The notes below the pieces were generated by a model, which was given only the letters and a program-made list of their open reading frames with translations, searched no databases and was not told where the DNA came from. 64,000 nt of DNA from Candidatus Moraniibacteriota bacterium. Lineage in GTDB: Bacteria; Patescibacteriota; Minisyncoccia; Moranbacterales; UBA2206. Both the position numbers and the translations under genes were made by a program. Of this stretch, positions 1 to 8,908 are shown piece by piece. The DNA lies in contig JAUSNP010000006.1 in assembly GCA_030645735.1 (NCBI GenBank), forward strand, positions 132,095 to 196,094, in the 5' to 3' direction. How positions within the stretch are numbered: position 1 is the first letter of the stretch; every line of letters begins with the position of its first letter.

Positions 1-240
1 GATTTTTTTAAGATGGGGGAAAATATTCATATAAAACATGTTCGTGACTATATTGTTTTTTGTTCACAAAAAACCATCAATGATGTAAGAAGTTTCTTGA
101 TTGCCAAAGCGCCTGATGAATTCCAGAGCCGTGATAACAACAATCAAGAAATTATAAAATATCTAGTTTCACAAGCATTATTCTTATATTCATATCTGGC
201 TAAATCTTCCGTGCATCAACAAGAACAAGACAAGCAATAA
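1..240 (+). CDS. hypothetical protein, probably the 3' end of a gene starting before the window
   Basis: Frame is open from base 1 to TAA at 238-240 and is followed by a terminator hairpin. Confidence 0.5.
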   Translation, partial: DFFKMGENIHIKHVRDYIVFCSQKTINDVRSFLIAKAPDEFQSRDNNNQEIIKYLVSQALFLYSYLAKSSVHQQEQDKQ

Positions 241-276
241 AAAAATCCATCGCATTAAGCTAGATGGATTTTTTTA
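241..276. terminator. bidirectional intrinsic terminator
   Basis: AAAAATCCATC...GATGGATTTTTTT inverted repeat between convergent genes. Confidence 0.75.
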
Positions 277-286
277 TGCGTCACTA

Positions 287-1114
287 TTATTTCACAAGCT
301 CATAATTCTTACTCTTCCAAACATCTAGACCGTCAGAAAGAGTGAGGGTATTGAAGACTCCCATATCAAACAATCGAACGCCGGCCTTGAAAGCCCACAA
401 TCCATCATTATCATAGAGCACGATTTTTTTGTTGGATGGAATTTCAGTGCGTTTCTTTTCTAAATCTTCTAGAAAAATGTTGACGGCACCTTTTATATGC
501 CCCTCATCGAACTGATTCTTTTTGCGCACATCAATGATAGTTAAATAATCACCCGCTTCCAACATTTCTTTCAATTTGTCTGTCTGGATGTAGGTGACTT
601 TTGATTGATCAATAAATGAATTTGGATCACCTGCGGAAACTGTTGAGTTGAAGCCTTCCTTCCAGCCATCAAAGCCTCCGTCTAAATAGGCTATATTTTT
701 AAATCCAGCATCAGTCAAGATTTTGACGATTGTGGCGATTGCTTCCACCGATGAATCATAATTGATAATGGTGTAATTTTTATCCTTATCCAGTGGCAAC
801 ATAGCATCCATAATAGTTGGCAAGGGCGTATTTTGTGAGTCCAGCAAATGCTCTTTGGCAAAATCATCCGCACCACGGACATCAATAAGAGTCAGATCGC
901 TTTGGCGATCCAGCATTTTTTTGACCAAATCACTGGCAGAAATTTTGGCGGCTTTTTTTATATTTTCGGCCGCAGCATTTTTAGGCGCCTCGCTGGCTTT
1001 CTTGGCAACATCCTGTGATTTGTTCAACCGAAAAAAGGCTAATCCAGCTATAAGAATAATCAATGCAAACCCAACGATTATGGCGACAAGATTGCTATTG
1101 TGATCTTTTCGCAT
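287..1114 (-). CDS. membrane-anchored tandem rhodanese-domain protein
   Basis: N-terminal TM helix; two rhodanese repeats (LIDVR..F..EH, IIDVR..FDEGHIKGA, LDGGFDGW). Confidence 0.85.
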   Translation of the reverse strand: MRKDHNSNLVAIIVGFALIILIAGLAFFRLNKSQDVAKKASEAPKNAAAENIKKAAKISASDLVKKMLDRQSDLTLIDVRGADDFAKEHLLDSQNTPLPTIMDAMLPLDKDKNYTIINYDSSVEAIATIVKILTDAGFKNIAYLDGGFDGWKEGFNSTVSAGDPNSFIDQSKVTYIQTDKLKEMLEAGDYLTIIDVRKKNQFDEGHIKGAVNIFLEDLEKKRTEIPSNKKIVLYDNDGLWAFKAGVRLFDMGVFNTLTLSDGLDVWKSKNYELVK

Positions 1115-1118
1115 AGTG

Positions 1119-2069
1119 TTAATTTAAATCTAGAATACTGCCAACAAAATTTTTATAGCCATTGGAAAAATCAAGAATTTTTGTAGCAGGCCTACCTTCC
1201 AATTGTACTTCTTTAAGTTCAATCGCGCCAGAACCTGTTTGCGCAAAGATAGTATTATCAATTCGAAAAACTTCACCAATCTCATGCGCATCAAGATTAT
1301 CCATAGTAATTTCAATGACATTTAATTTCAAACGCTTGCCGTTCCAAGTCGTAAAAATTCCAGGCCAATTACAGAAAGCCCGATATTTGTTAAAAATAAT
1401 TTCAGCCGGGGCATTCCAATTGATCTGACCTTCTTCTTTGCGAATCATCTTACAGTATGACGCTTCATCACCGTTTTGTTTTTGCGGTTCAGCTTGGCCC
1501 GCAAGTAGTTTGGGTAAAGTTTCTAGGAGTAATTTCACCGATATGTTAGTCAGCTTTTTTTCTAGTTCGAAATAGGTTTCGTTGTCATCGATGGCAATTT
1601 GTTCTTGTTGCAAAATGTCACCCGTATCAATCCCAGCATCCATCAACATGATAGTCGTGCCGGTTATTTTTTCACCAGCTAGTAACGCGCTTTGAATGGG
1701 GGATGGGCCACGGAATTTTGGCAGGAGTGAAGGATGGATATTGACTGCGCCTAGCCTAGGCAAATCCAAAACGACCTGGGGCAAAATTTTGCCATAGGCG
1801 ATGAGCACAATCAGATCTGGATTTTGTTCACGTAATTTTTCAATGGCATCTTCGTCCAATCTCCTTGGATCAAAAACTGGAATAGAGTTTTTCTCCGCCA
1901 AGATTTTGACTGGTGATTTTTGTAAGACTTGTTTGCGTCCAACTTTCTTATCTGGCTGAGTATAGACGCCGACGACATTGTAGTTATCTTGAAGAAGCGC
2001 CTCAAGAATATTGGCTGAAATTTCAGGCGTGCCCATAAAGATAACTCGTAAATCTTTTTTGTCTAACAT
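1119..2069 (-). CDS. fmt: methionyl-tRNA formyltransferase
   Basis: FMGTP, TQPDKKVGR, NIHPSLLPKFRGPSPIQ and DTGDI motifs. Confidence 0.97.
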   Translation of the reverse strand: MLDKKDLRVIFMGTPEISANILEALLQDNYNVVGVYTQPDKKVGRKQVLQKSPVKILAEKNSIPVFDPRRLDEDAIEKLREQNPDLIVLIAYGKILPQVVLDLPRLGAVNIHPSLLPKFRGPSPIQSALLAGEKITGTTIMLMDAGIDTGDILQQEQIAIDDNETYFELEKKLTNISVKLLLETLPKLLAGQAEPQKQNGDEASYCKMIRKEEGQINWNAPAEIIFNKYRAFCNWPGIFTTWNGKRLKLNVIEITMDNLDAHEIGEVFRIDNTIFAQTGSGAIELKEVQLEGRPATKILDFSNGYKNFVGSILDLN

Positions 2070-2077
2070 ATTTTTTT

Positions 2078-2231
2078 AATAACCAATAACCAAAATATAG
2101 GCGTTAAGTAAATTACAAAGACCAAGATACAATAACCAAATAAAATTCAAATTTCAAACATCAAACTACAAACCTTTGTTTATTGAATTTTGAGTATTGA
2201 TATTTGTTTGGTGCTTGTCTTTTGGTTATTG
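2078..2231. repeat. degenerate ~7-bp-period repeats in inverted arms
   Basis: Left arm CAATAAC/CAAGATA/CAAATTT units, right arm TTG-rich complementary units; intergenic between def and fmt. Confidence 0.6.
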
Positions 2232-2717
2232 TTTCTTTTTTAGTATATCTTGTTTTTTGTTCTTTTGACGTAGTCTTACTTCTTTTTCGATATAAAGTTT
2301 TCCGTCCAAATGGTCAATTTCATGTTGTAACGCGCGAGATAAAAGACCTTCAGCCTTGATAGTGATCTCTTCGCCCAATTCATTTTGTGCTTTGACGCGA
2401 ACTTTTTTGGGTCGTTTGACCGGAATGAATTTTCCAGGGAATGATAAACAACCTTCCTCCCAAGTTTCTTGCAACCAAGATTTATATGTTACACGCGGAT
2501 TGATTAAAATGTAAGTTATGCCATCAACCTTGATTACGCACAGTCGTACTGATTTGCCGACTTGCGGAGCAGCCAAACCGACACCATTATTCAAATCCAT
2601 CGTTTCCAGCATATCTGCAATCAACTTTTTGATAGCAGGTTTTTTGACATCTAAAATCGGCTCAGTTTTTTTGAGAAGGATTGGGTCTGGATATTCGACT
2701 ATCTTTAGTTCAGCCAT
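2226..2717 (-). CDS. def: peptide deformylase
   Basis: GVGLAAPQVG, EGCLS and QHEIDHLDG motifs. Confidence 0.98.
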   Translation of the reverse strand: MAELKIVEYPDPILLKKTEPILDVKKPAIKKLIADMLETMDLNNGVGLAAPQVGKSVRLCVIKVDGITYILINPRVTYKSWLQETWEEGCLSFPGKFIPVKRPKKVRVKAQNELGEEITIKAEGLLSRALQHEIDHLDGKLYIEKEVRLRQKNKKQDILKKKQ

Positions 2718-2725
2718 GAAATTTT

Positions 2726-2913
2726 TAGAGTCTGTTTATAATCTCATGCCTAGATAAAATATTATAATTTCGTGCGAAAACCGTGAAAAGTGAGGAAGGC
2801 TATCGAGATAACCTGACGAGCTTTGAAGGGTTTGCAGCCGAAATTAGAATATTTTAGCAGGCAAGCAATATATTAGTTTTTAAAATAAGCGGTGAGATTA
2901 TAAACAGACTCTA
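2726..2913. mobile_element. MITE-like element with perfect 21-bp terminal inverted repeats
   Basis: TAGAGTCTGTTTATAATCTCA (2726-2746) and TGAGATTATAAACAGACTCTA (2893-2913); internal imperfect palindrome; no ORF. Confidence 0.8.
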
Positions 2914-4920
2914 TATTATACTAATTGGGTCAACATCGATGAGCCAGCCAGTTGGCAAGGACTCGATGATAGTTTTGATTTCTGAGGGTAGTTCTTTATT
3001 TTTCAGTTTTATAATAATTTGTTCTCGATGTCGGCCACGCACATTGGCAATGAAAGATTTTTGCGGTTCTGAAATACCAATCTGTTCGCCAATGAATTTT
3101 TCTAGTGTTGCATAGAGTGTGCGAGTGGCAACAGAAACTTTCTTGGCATCATAGTCTTGGAAAACCAATTTGATCAATTTGCCGAAAGGCGGCAATGACA
3201 AATCTTTTCTGGCTTTGATTTCACGCGCAAAGAATTTTTCAAAATCGCGCTCAGCGGCGAAACGGAAAAGTTCCAAGTTTGGATTAAAGGTTTGAATAAT
3301 GACTACTCCACGGAATTTGGCATGCGGTCGATTGGATCGACCAGACACCTGCACGATATTTGAATATGCTCGATAATTCACGGAAAAATCAGGTATAGAA
3401 ACCATATTATCCGCGTCAATTATACCAATCAAAGCCATATTTGGCAAGTCCCAACCCTTGGTCAACATTTGCGTGCCAATTAAAATATCAATCTTGCCTT
3501 CGGCAAAATCATGGTAGGTTTTTTCTTGCGCGCCAGCTTCTTTCATAGTCTGTGAATCCATACGTCCAATTTTGGCCGAAGCAAACATCGAGGCCATTTC
3601 GCGTTCAATTTTTTGGGTACCTAATCCAATGTTTTGAAAAACTAAACTCTTGCATTTGGAGCAAGTGGGTGTGATAGAAGATTGAAAAGTGCAACTGACA
3701 CATTTATACACCCCGCTATTATCATAAATCAACGCCCGTTCACATTTCGGACAGCGTAAAACGGTTTTGCAACCAGCGCAGATAGAAAAACTACTCATGC
3801 CTTGGCGATTGATGAACAAAATTGTTTGCAAACCATTTTTCAAAGCATAGGCAATTTCACTGCGCAACTTGCGTGAGATGGGGGAATGATTTTTCTCCCA
3901 TTTTTCTTTTTTCAAATCCACAAGCAAAACTTCCGGTCCATCATAATCCTTTTTCGGTGCGCCAGGAATTTGCAGATGCGGAATTTCTACGAGTGCGAAT
4001 TCTTGATCAAGAGTTTTTTGAAAGGATTCAATGCTGGGTGTAGCGGAACCGAAAATGATTTTGCATTTGTGCAATTCAGATAATTTTTCGGCCACTGTGC
4101 GCGCATCATAGCGCGGATTCATATCCCATTGTTTGAAAGACATGTCTTGCTCTTCATCCACCACAATCAGCCCTAGTTTTTTGAAAGGCGCAAAAACCGC
4201 CATGCGGGTGCCGATGACAATTTTGATTTCACCTGATTTGATTTTCTGCCACTGCGTGAAAAATTCACCCTTGGAAACCTTGCTCGTCAACACGGCAATA
4301 TTTTCTCGCCCAAATTGCGCGCTATACCTCTCAATGGCTTGAGGTGTCAAAGTCAGTTCTGGTACCAAAATCAAAGTCTGCTCATTTTTCTTGAGCTTCT
4401 TGATACTTTCAATATAAACTTCAGTCTTGCCACTACCCGCTGGACCGAAAAGCAAAAAACGTGGAACGTGGAACGTGGAACGTGGAACCTCTTGTGCAAT
4501 TTTTTCTATGGCCAATACTTGTTCTTTAGTTAATATAATATTTTTTTCTAGTTTTGCGTTATACGTTTCGCGTTTCGCGTTTCGCGCTTTTACGCGTTTC
4601 GGCACAAAAGATTTCATCACAATGCCCAGTGGTGAGAAATAATACTCTGAAATAAATTGAGCTAATTTGATTTGTTTAGCCTCTAAAAAATTCTCTTCAA
4701 TTACACCCAAAATATTTTTTAATTCAATATTGCCCAAGCGTGCAAAGTCTGGTCGATACCCAGTCACAATGCCTTGTACCTTGCGATGAAAAAGTGGCAC
4801 CTCCACTAAAGATCCAGCTGGAATTTCAACATCGGACAAATACGAAAAAGACTGATTCCGCGATAGGGGAATCCTTGCAATCGGCACGACATCAACGATG
4901 ATTTTGGCAGATTTTTTCAT
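2911..4920 (-). CDS. priA: primosomal protein N'
   Basis: GSGKTEVY Walker A, VVDEEQD, four CxxC pairs, GTQMLTKG, QVSGRSNR. Confidence 0.96.
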   Translation of the reverse strand: MKKSAKIIVDVVPIARIPLSRNQSFSYLSDVEIPAGSLVEVPLFHRKVQGIVTGYRPDFARLGNIELKNILGVIEENFLEAKQIKLAQFISEYYFSPLGIVMKSFVPKRVKARNAKRETYNAKLEKNIILTKEQVLAIEKIAQEVPRSTFHVPRFLLFGPAGSGKTEVYIESIKKLKKNEQTLILVPELTLTPQAIERYSAQFGRENIAVLTSKVSKGEFFTQWQKIKSGEIKIVIGTRMAVFAPFKKLGLIVVDEEQDMSFKQWDMNPRYDARTVAEKLSELHKCKIIFGSATPSIESFQKTLDQEFALVEIPHLQIPGAPKKDYDGPEVLLVDLKKEKWEKNHSPISRKLRSEIAYALKNGLQTILFINRQGMSSFSICAGCKTVLRCPKCERALIYDNSGVYKCVSCTFQSSITPTCSKCKSLVFQNIGLGTQKIEREMASMFASAKIGRMDSQTMKEAGAQEKTYHDFAEGKIDILIGTQMLTKGWDLPNMALIGIIDADNMVSIPDFSVNYRAYSNIVQVSGRSNRPHAKFRGVVIIQTFNPNLELFRFAAERDFEKFFAREIKARKDLSLPPFGKLIKLVFQDYDAKKVSVATRTLYATLEKFIGEQIGISEPQKSFIANVRGRHREQIIIKLKNKELPSEIKTIIESLPTGWLIDVDPISII
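4458..4488. repeat. (GTGGAAC)4 tandem repeat inside priA
   Basis: Perfect heptamer array encoding VPRSTFHVPRF. Confidence 0.9.
4553..4600. repeat. (CGTTTCG)n tandem repeat inside priA
   Basis: Three perfect units at 4564-4584 plus degenerate flanking units. Confidence 0.85.
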
Positions 4921-5072
4921 AGCTCCATTATACCAATCTTATGATTACTCCGCCAATTAGCATTAAACGAATCAATTTTTTAGTTGCATTGACCTTACAA
5001 TAGGATTACCATGAAATCATGAGTCAGTTGTTTTATTTATTAATATTCTAAAAACTGAGGCGGAGGCTGAAA

Positions 5073-5426
5073 ATGTTCAAAAAAATCGCAACATTGGAGA
5101 TTGATGGATGCGGTTTGATTTTCAGCCGCATAGTTTTAGACAGAGTTATCTTATTGGCATCTGGAATGCTACTAAGAAGATCGGGCAAAGGTGAGATTAG
5201 GAATGACTCTTGCCAAGGAATGCTCTCAACAATCTTTCAGAAAATGCCAATGGGTGGCACTGAATTCAATCTTGAATTAGAAATTCAAGGAAAAGTAACC
5301 ACATCAAAGCTTGGGCTGATTCGCGTAGCTACCAGAGAGGAGTTGGGTTCATACATATGGGCAGAATCTTGCTCAATGGAAAATTCCAACAGAAAGTCCT
5401 ATGCATTAATCTGGGACAGAAGATGA
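5073..5426 (+). CDS. orphan hypothetical protein
   Basis: 117-aa ORF with GCGGAGGC SD at 5060-5067 and its own terminator. Confidence 0.65.
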   Translation: MFKKIATLEIDGCGLIFSRIVLDRVILLASGMLLRRSGKGEIRNDSCQGMLSTIFQKMPMGGTEFNLELEIQGKVTTSKLGLIRVATREELGSYIWAESCSMENSNRKSYALIWDRR

Positions 5427-5448
5427 TCTATCTTTATAGTTTGCAGAT

Positions 5449-5483
5449 CAGGGAGTTGGATTTTTTCTAGCTCCCTGTTTTTA
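5449..5483 (+). terminator. intrinsic terminator
   Basis: CAGGGAGTTGGA...TCTAGCTCCCTG followed by a T run. Confidence 0.75.
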
Positions 5484-5530
5484 TTGCATCAAACCTTGCT
5501 TTTAGGCTCTGAATAGGCTAAAATTTGAAT

Positions 5531-6073
5531 ATGAAACGAAAAATCTTTATTAATATCAATTTGCCGGATCGGACGAAAAAACGGCTAACTAGAGCCATCG
5601 AGAGATGGGCGGATTTGCCAGTGAAGTGGGTGCGAGAGGAAAATCGGCATGTTTCTTTGTTTTTCTTGGGTTTTGTGGATGACGATTCGACCTACGAAGT
5701 GTGCGAGGCGGTCACTCGAGCGGCGCAAACTGAGGAGATTTTTGACATTGAATTTGACACCATCAAATTCAGTCCATCGGCCGAAGATCCACGTATGGTT
5801 GTGGTGACTGGTCAGCCCAATGAAAATTTGCGCAACTTGGCCGAAAAAATTGAAAAAGAACTCGGCATTTTTTCCAGTTCCAAAAAAGAATTTCGTCCGC
5901 AAATCACTCTAGGCAAAGTTCGCAAAAATATGTGGAATGAGCTTGCAGAGAAGCCAGTAGTTGATAAAGAATATCCATTATTGGCTACGGTAGAGAGCGT
6001 AGATGTGATGGCCAGCAACTTTGAAGGTGATGACGCCGAATTTGCCATTATTGAAAGTTGCCAGTTAGCGTAG
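5531..6073 (+). CDS. thpR: 2H-family RNA 2',3'-cyclic phosphodiesterase (ThpR/LigT-like)
   Basis: KRKIFI, KWVREENRHVSLFFLG, FRPQITLGK; start taken as ATG 5531. Confidence 0.85.
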   Translation: MKRKIFININLPDRTKKRLTRAIERWADLPVKWVREENRHVSLFFLGFVDDDSTYEVCEAVTRAAQTEEIFDIEFDTIKFSPSAEDPRMVVVTGQPNENLRNLAEKIEKELGIFSSSKKEFRPQITLGKVRKNMWNELAEKPVVDKEYPLLATVESVDVMASNFEGDDAEFAIIESCQLA

Positions 6074-6106
6074 CAACTCGTAACTAGTAATTAGTAACTA
6101 GCAAAT

Positions 6107-6886
6107 ATGAGTAGTATTTTGGGAGTTACAATTGATAATTTTTCTAAACAAGAAATACTTCACAAAGTAGACACTTTTTTATTAGAAGACTGTTTCCATC
6201 AAATAGCCACAGTCAATCCGGAGTTTATTTTGCAAGCGCAAAAAGACGCAGAATTCAAAAGCATTCTGAATGCTTGTGATTTGCACGTAGCAGATGGGGT
6301 TGGTATTTGGTTTGCTTTTTTACGCTTCGGGAGCTTCTTGAAAAACAGAATGACTGGCATTGATTTGATGTCGGATATTTTGCGCATGGCCAATGAAAAA
6401 AAGTTGAAAGTTTTTCTGGTTAGCTATGCTGGCGCTTTGAGTTCGTGGGAAGAAACAAGGGATGCTATTGCGAAAATTTATCCTAATTTAGAAATTAATG
6501 GAGCAAATTTAAACACTGTCATTGCGAGGAGAGAAACGACGAAGCAATCTCATACTGATACACAAAAGTCTGGTGAGTCTAAAAAGGAGATTGCCACGCT
6601 CCTTTCAGTCGCTCGCAATGACATTGTGTTTTGCAATTTAGGAATGTCTAAACAAGAAAAATTCCTGCACTCGCTAAAAACCCTAGAAAATGCTAAAATA
6701 AAACTAACAATGGGAGTGGGTGGCAGCTTCGATTTCTTGACTGGTAAGCGCCAAAGAGCCCCAAAATTTTTGCAAAAAATCGGACTGGAATGGCTGTGGC
6801 GCTTTGTCCAAGAACCGAAATATCGCGCCAAAAGAATTTTTCACGCCGTGGTGATTTTTTCAATCAAAGTAATTTTTAATTTGTAA
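6107..6886 (+). CDS. WecB/TagA/CpsF (GT26) glycosyltransferase with in-frame palindromic insertion
   Basis: TVNPE, ADGVG, RMTGIDL, GVGGSFDF and RAP..GLEWLWR motifs. Confidence 0.92.
   Translation: MSSILGVTIDNFSKQEILHKVDTFLLEDCFHQIATVNPEFILQAQKDAEFKSILNACDLHVADGVGIWFAFLRFGSFLKNRMTGIDLMSDILRMANEKKLKVFLVSYAGALSSWEETRDAIAKIYPNLEINGANLNTVIARRETTKQSHTDTQKSGESKKEIATLLSVARNDIVFCNLGMSKQEKFLHSLKTLENAKIKLTMGVGGSFDFLTGKRQRAPKFLQKIGLEWLWRFVQEPKYRAKRIFHAVVIFSIKVIFNL
6517..6623 (+). mobile_element. family-A palindromic mini-element, translated in-frame
   Basis: TGTCATTGCGAG...CTCGCAATGACA, 107 bp; near-identical copy at 30528-30634. Confidence 0.9.
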
Positions 6887-6925
6887 ATCGTTTTGCGTTC
6901 TACGCTTCACGATTTGCGCAAATCT

Positions 6926-7333
6926 ATGACACCGAAAACAAAGTTGATTCGTACAGTCTATCTGTACATCGCAGCTCTGGGTAGTTTGATTTTCGTAGCC
7001 AGCGGTACTGGTATGCTTATCAACACGGGTTTGAAATATTATGTTTTTCCCAAAGCTGAAAAAGGAGGATATAGTCAATGTAACCAACAACCCCCTGTTT
7101 ATGGTCTAGAGAAAAGTGGTTATGTTGCAATTTCCACAGCTGACCAAAAGATCCAATTGGAAAATCTTTTGAATGATTATGCGCAATGGAAACAAAATAA
7201 TACTGGCGAAGAATGCTATATTGCACAAAGACAATCCACAATCGTGGATGCTTTGACTATGATTGTCATTGCACTGCCAATTCTTTTGTTGCACTGGATA
7301 ATTATCAAAAAAGAAAAAGCTGAAAAAGAATAA
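6926..7333 (+). CDS. small membrane protein (2 TM)
   Basis: Hydrophobic helices at both ends; ATG 6926 chosen because the upstream extension is a heptamer repeat. Confidence 0.75.
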   Translation: MTPKTKLIRTVYLYIAALGSLIFVASGTGMLINTGLKYYVFPKAEKGGYSQCNQQPPVYGLEKSGYVAISTADQKIQLENLLNDYAQWKQNNTGEECYIAQRQSTIVDALTMIVIALPILLLHWIIIKKEKAEKE

Positions 7334-7337
7334 TATT

Positions 7338-7424
7338 ATGATGCTTGGGATTATAATTATTTTTGTGATTTTCATCGCCGCCAGCGCCTGGATAATTTTT
7401 AGTAAAGATAACGGTGATAAGTAG
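7338..7424 (+). CDS. 28-aa single-TM microprotein (not in ORF track)
   Basis: MMLGIIIIFVIFIAASAWIIFSKDNGDK; fills the gap between two co-oriented genes. Confidence 0.45.
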   Translation: MMLGIIIIFVIFIAASAWIIFSKDNGDK

Positions 7425-7767
7425 TATACAGAAAATTTCAGGCATTGTTGTGAAAGGCAAGCAAAAAGGTCGTAAGTTGGGTTTTCCAACTGCCAATTTA
7501 GCATTAAACAATTCCACAATACAAAGCGGGGTTTATGTTGGCAAGGCTAATTTCGCTGGCGGAAAATATACGGCAGCAATTTTTGTACCAGATTCAGGTG
7601 ATTTACTTGAGGCGCATATTCTGGATTTTCAGGGTGATCTATATGGTCAGGAAATCGAAATTGAAATTGGCCAAAAAATTCGCGAAGTGATGAAATTTGA
7701 AAATAAAGCAGGTTTGATCAAACAAATATCAAAAGACCTATTACAAATCAGAAAGGCTAAGTCATAA
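7414..7767 (+). CDS. monofunctional riboflavin kinase (RibF C-terminal domain only)
   Basis: GRKLGFPTANL, EAHILDFQGDLYG, IREVMKF. Confidence 0.9.
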   Translation: MISSIQKISGIVVKGKQKGRKLGFPTANLALNNSTIQSGVYVGKANFAGGKYTAAIFVPDSGDLLEAHILDFQGDLYGQEIEIEIGQKIREVMKFENKAGLIKQISKDLLQIRKAKS

Positions 7768-7780
7768 TTCCAAAAATTTT

Positions 7781-8371
7781 ATGTTTACGGGTATTATTCA
7801 AAAAGTTTCTGTGGTAGAAAAAGTTTCGCGAAAAAATAACAGCCTTTTTGTGTCAGTGAAAATTCCAACCAAATGGAAAGTTTGGCAAGGTGAAAGCATT
7901 GCAATTGATGGAGTTTGTTCGACAGTCAAAAGTTTGACCAAAAAAGATTTCACGGTGGAATATATGCCAGAAACAATCCAAAAAACTATCGTGGGAAATT
8001 TCGCCAAAGGCACAGAAGTGAATTTGGAAAGAAGTCTCAAACTAAATGATTTGTTGGATGGTCACATAGTTCAAGGACATGTGGACACAACTGGTCAAAT
8101 CATGGAAATCAAGAAAGTTCAAGAATCCAAAGTTATCAAAATAAAAATTCCCAGCAGTTTTATGCGTTTGGTGGTGGACAAAGGTTCAGTGACCATCAAT
8201 GGTATCAGTCTAACAGTTGTTGTCACAGGCAAGAATTGGTTCACAATTTCTCTGGTCAGCTATACTTTAGAAAATACCAATCTGGGCACGATTGCGGTTG
8301 GTGATAGTGTGAATATTGAAACAGATGTTTTGGCAAAATATGTAGAAAAATTAATTAAGCATAGGAAATAA
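7781..8371 (+). CDS. ribE: riboflavin synthase (alpha chain)
   Basis: MFTGII N-terminus, GESIAIDGVCSTV, GHIVQGHVD, VNIETD. Confidence 0.95.
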   Translation: MFTGIIQKVSVVEKVSRKNNSLFVSVKIPTKWKVWQGESIAIDGVCSTVKSLTKKDFTVEYMPETIQKTIVGNFAKGTEVNLERSLKLNDLLDGHIVQGHVDTTGQIMEIKKVQESKVIKIKIPSSFMRLVVDKGSVTINGISLTVVVTGKNWFTISLVSYTLENTNLGTIAVGDSVNIETDVLAKYVEKLIKHRK

Positions 8372-8375
8372 GACT

Positions 8376-8786
8376 ATGGCAAAAAATATCGCAATTATTC
8401 TGGGTTCTTTTCACAAGAATCAAGTGGAAGAAATGTTGGATGAAGCCAGGAAGACTGCCACTGAATTTGACTTGAACATTATTGAGGAGATTTGGGTGCC
8501 TGGGTCATATGAAAAACCATTGGTATTGAAAAGTCTATTGTCACGTAATGACGTGGCTGGAGCAGTAGTTTTGGGCATCATTGAAAAAGGCGAGACCAAG
8601 CACGGCTTGATTATGGCGCAAGCTGTGATGGGAAAAATTTTGGATTTGGAATTGGAATATATGAAACCAGTAGGCATTGGAATTTTGGGACCAGAAATTT
8701 TGCCAGAGCAGATTCCTGTCCGCTTGCGACCCTATGCCAATGCTGCAATCAAAGCCACTAAAAAAATGTTGGATATAGTGATGTAG
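8376..8786 (+). CDS. ribH: 6,7-dimethyl-8-ribityllumazine synthase, archaeal-like
   Basis: VPGSYEKP, GETKH, KPVGIGILGP; operonic with ribE. Confidence 0.9.
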   Translation: MAKNIAIILGSFHKNQVEEMLDEARKTATEFDLNIIEEIWVPGSYEKPLVLKSLLSRNDVAGAVVLGIIEKGETKHGLIMAQAVMGKILDLELEYMKPVGIGILGPEILPEQIPVRLRPYANAAIKATKKMLDIVM

Positions 8787-8908
8787 ACGCGGATAATGAG
8801 ATAATAAAAAAAATATTAAAAAGAGCTTGATTTAGGTATTTAGATGTCTTTGATTTTTCCTGAAAAAGTGCTAAAATACAGAAGCTTTAGGATTAAAATA
8901 CAATATTT

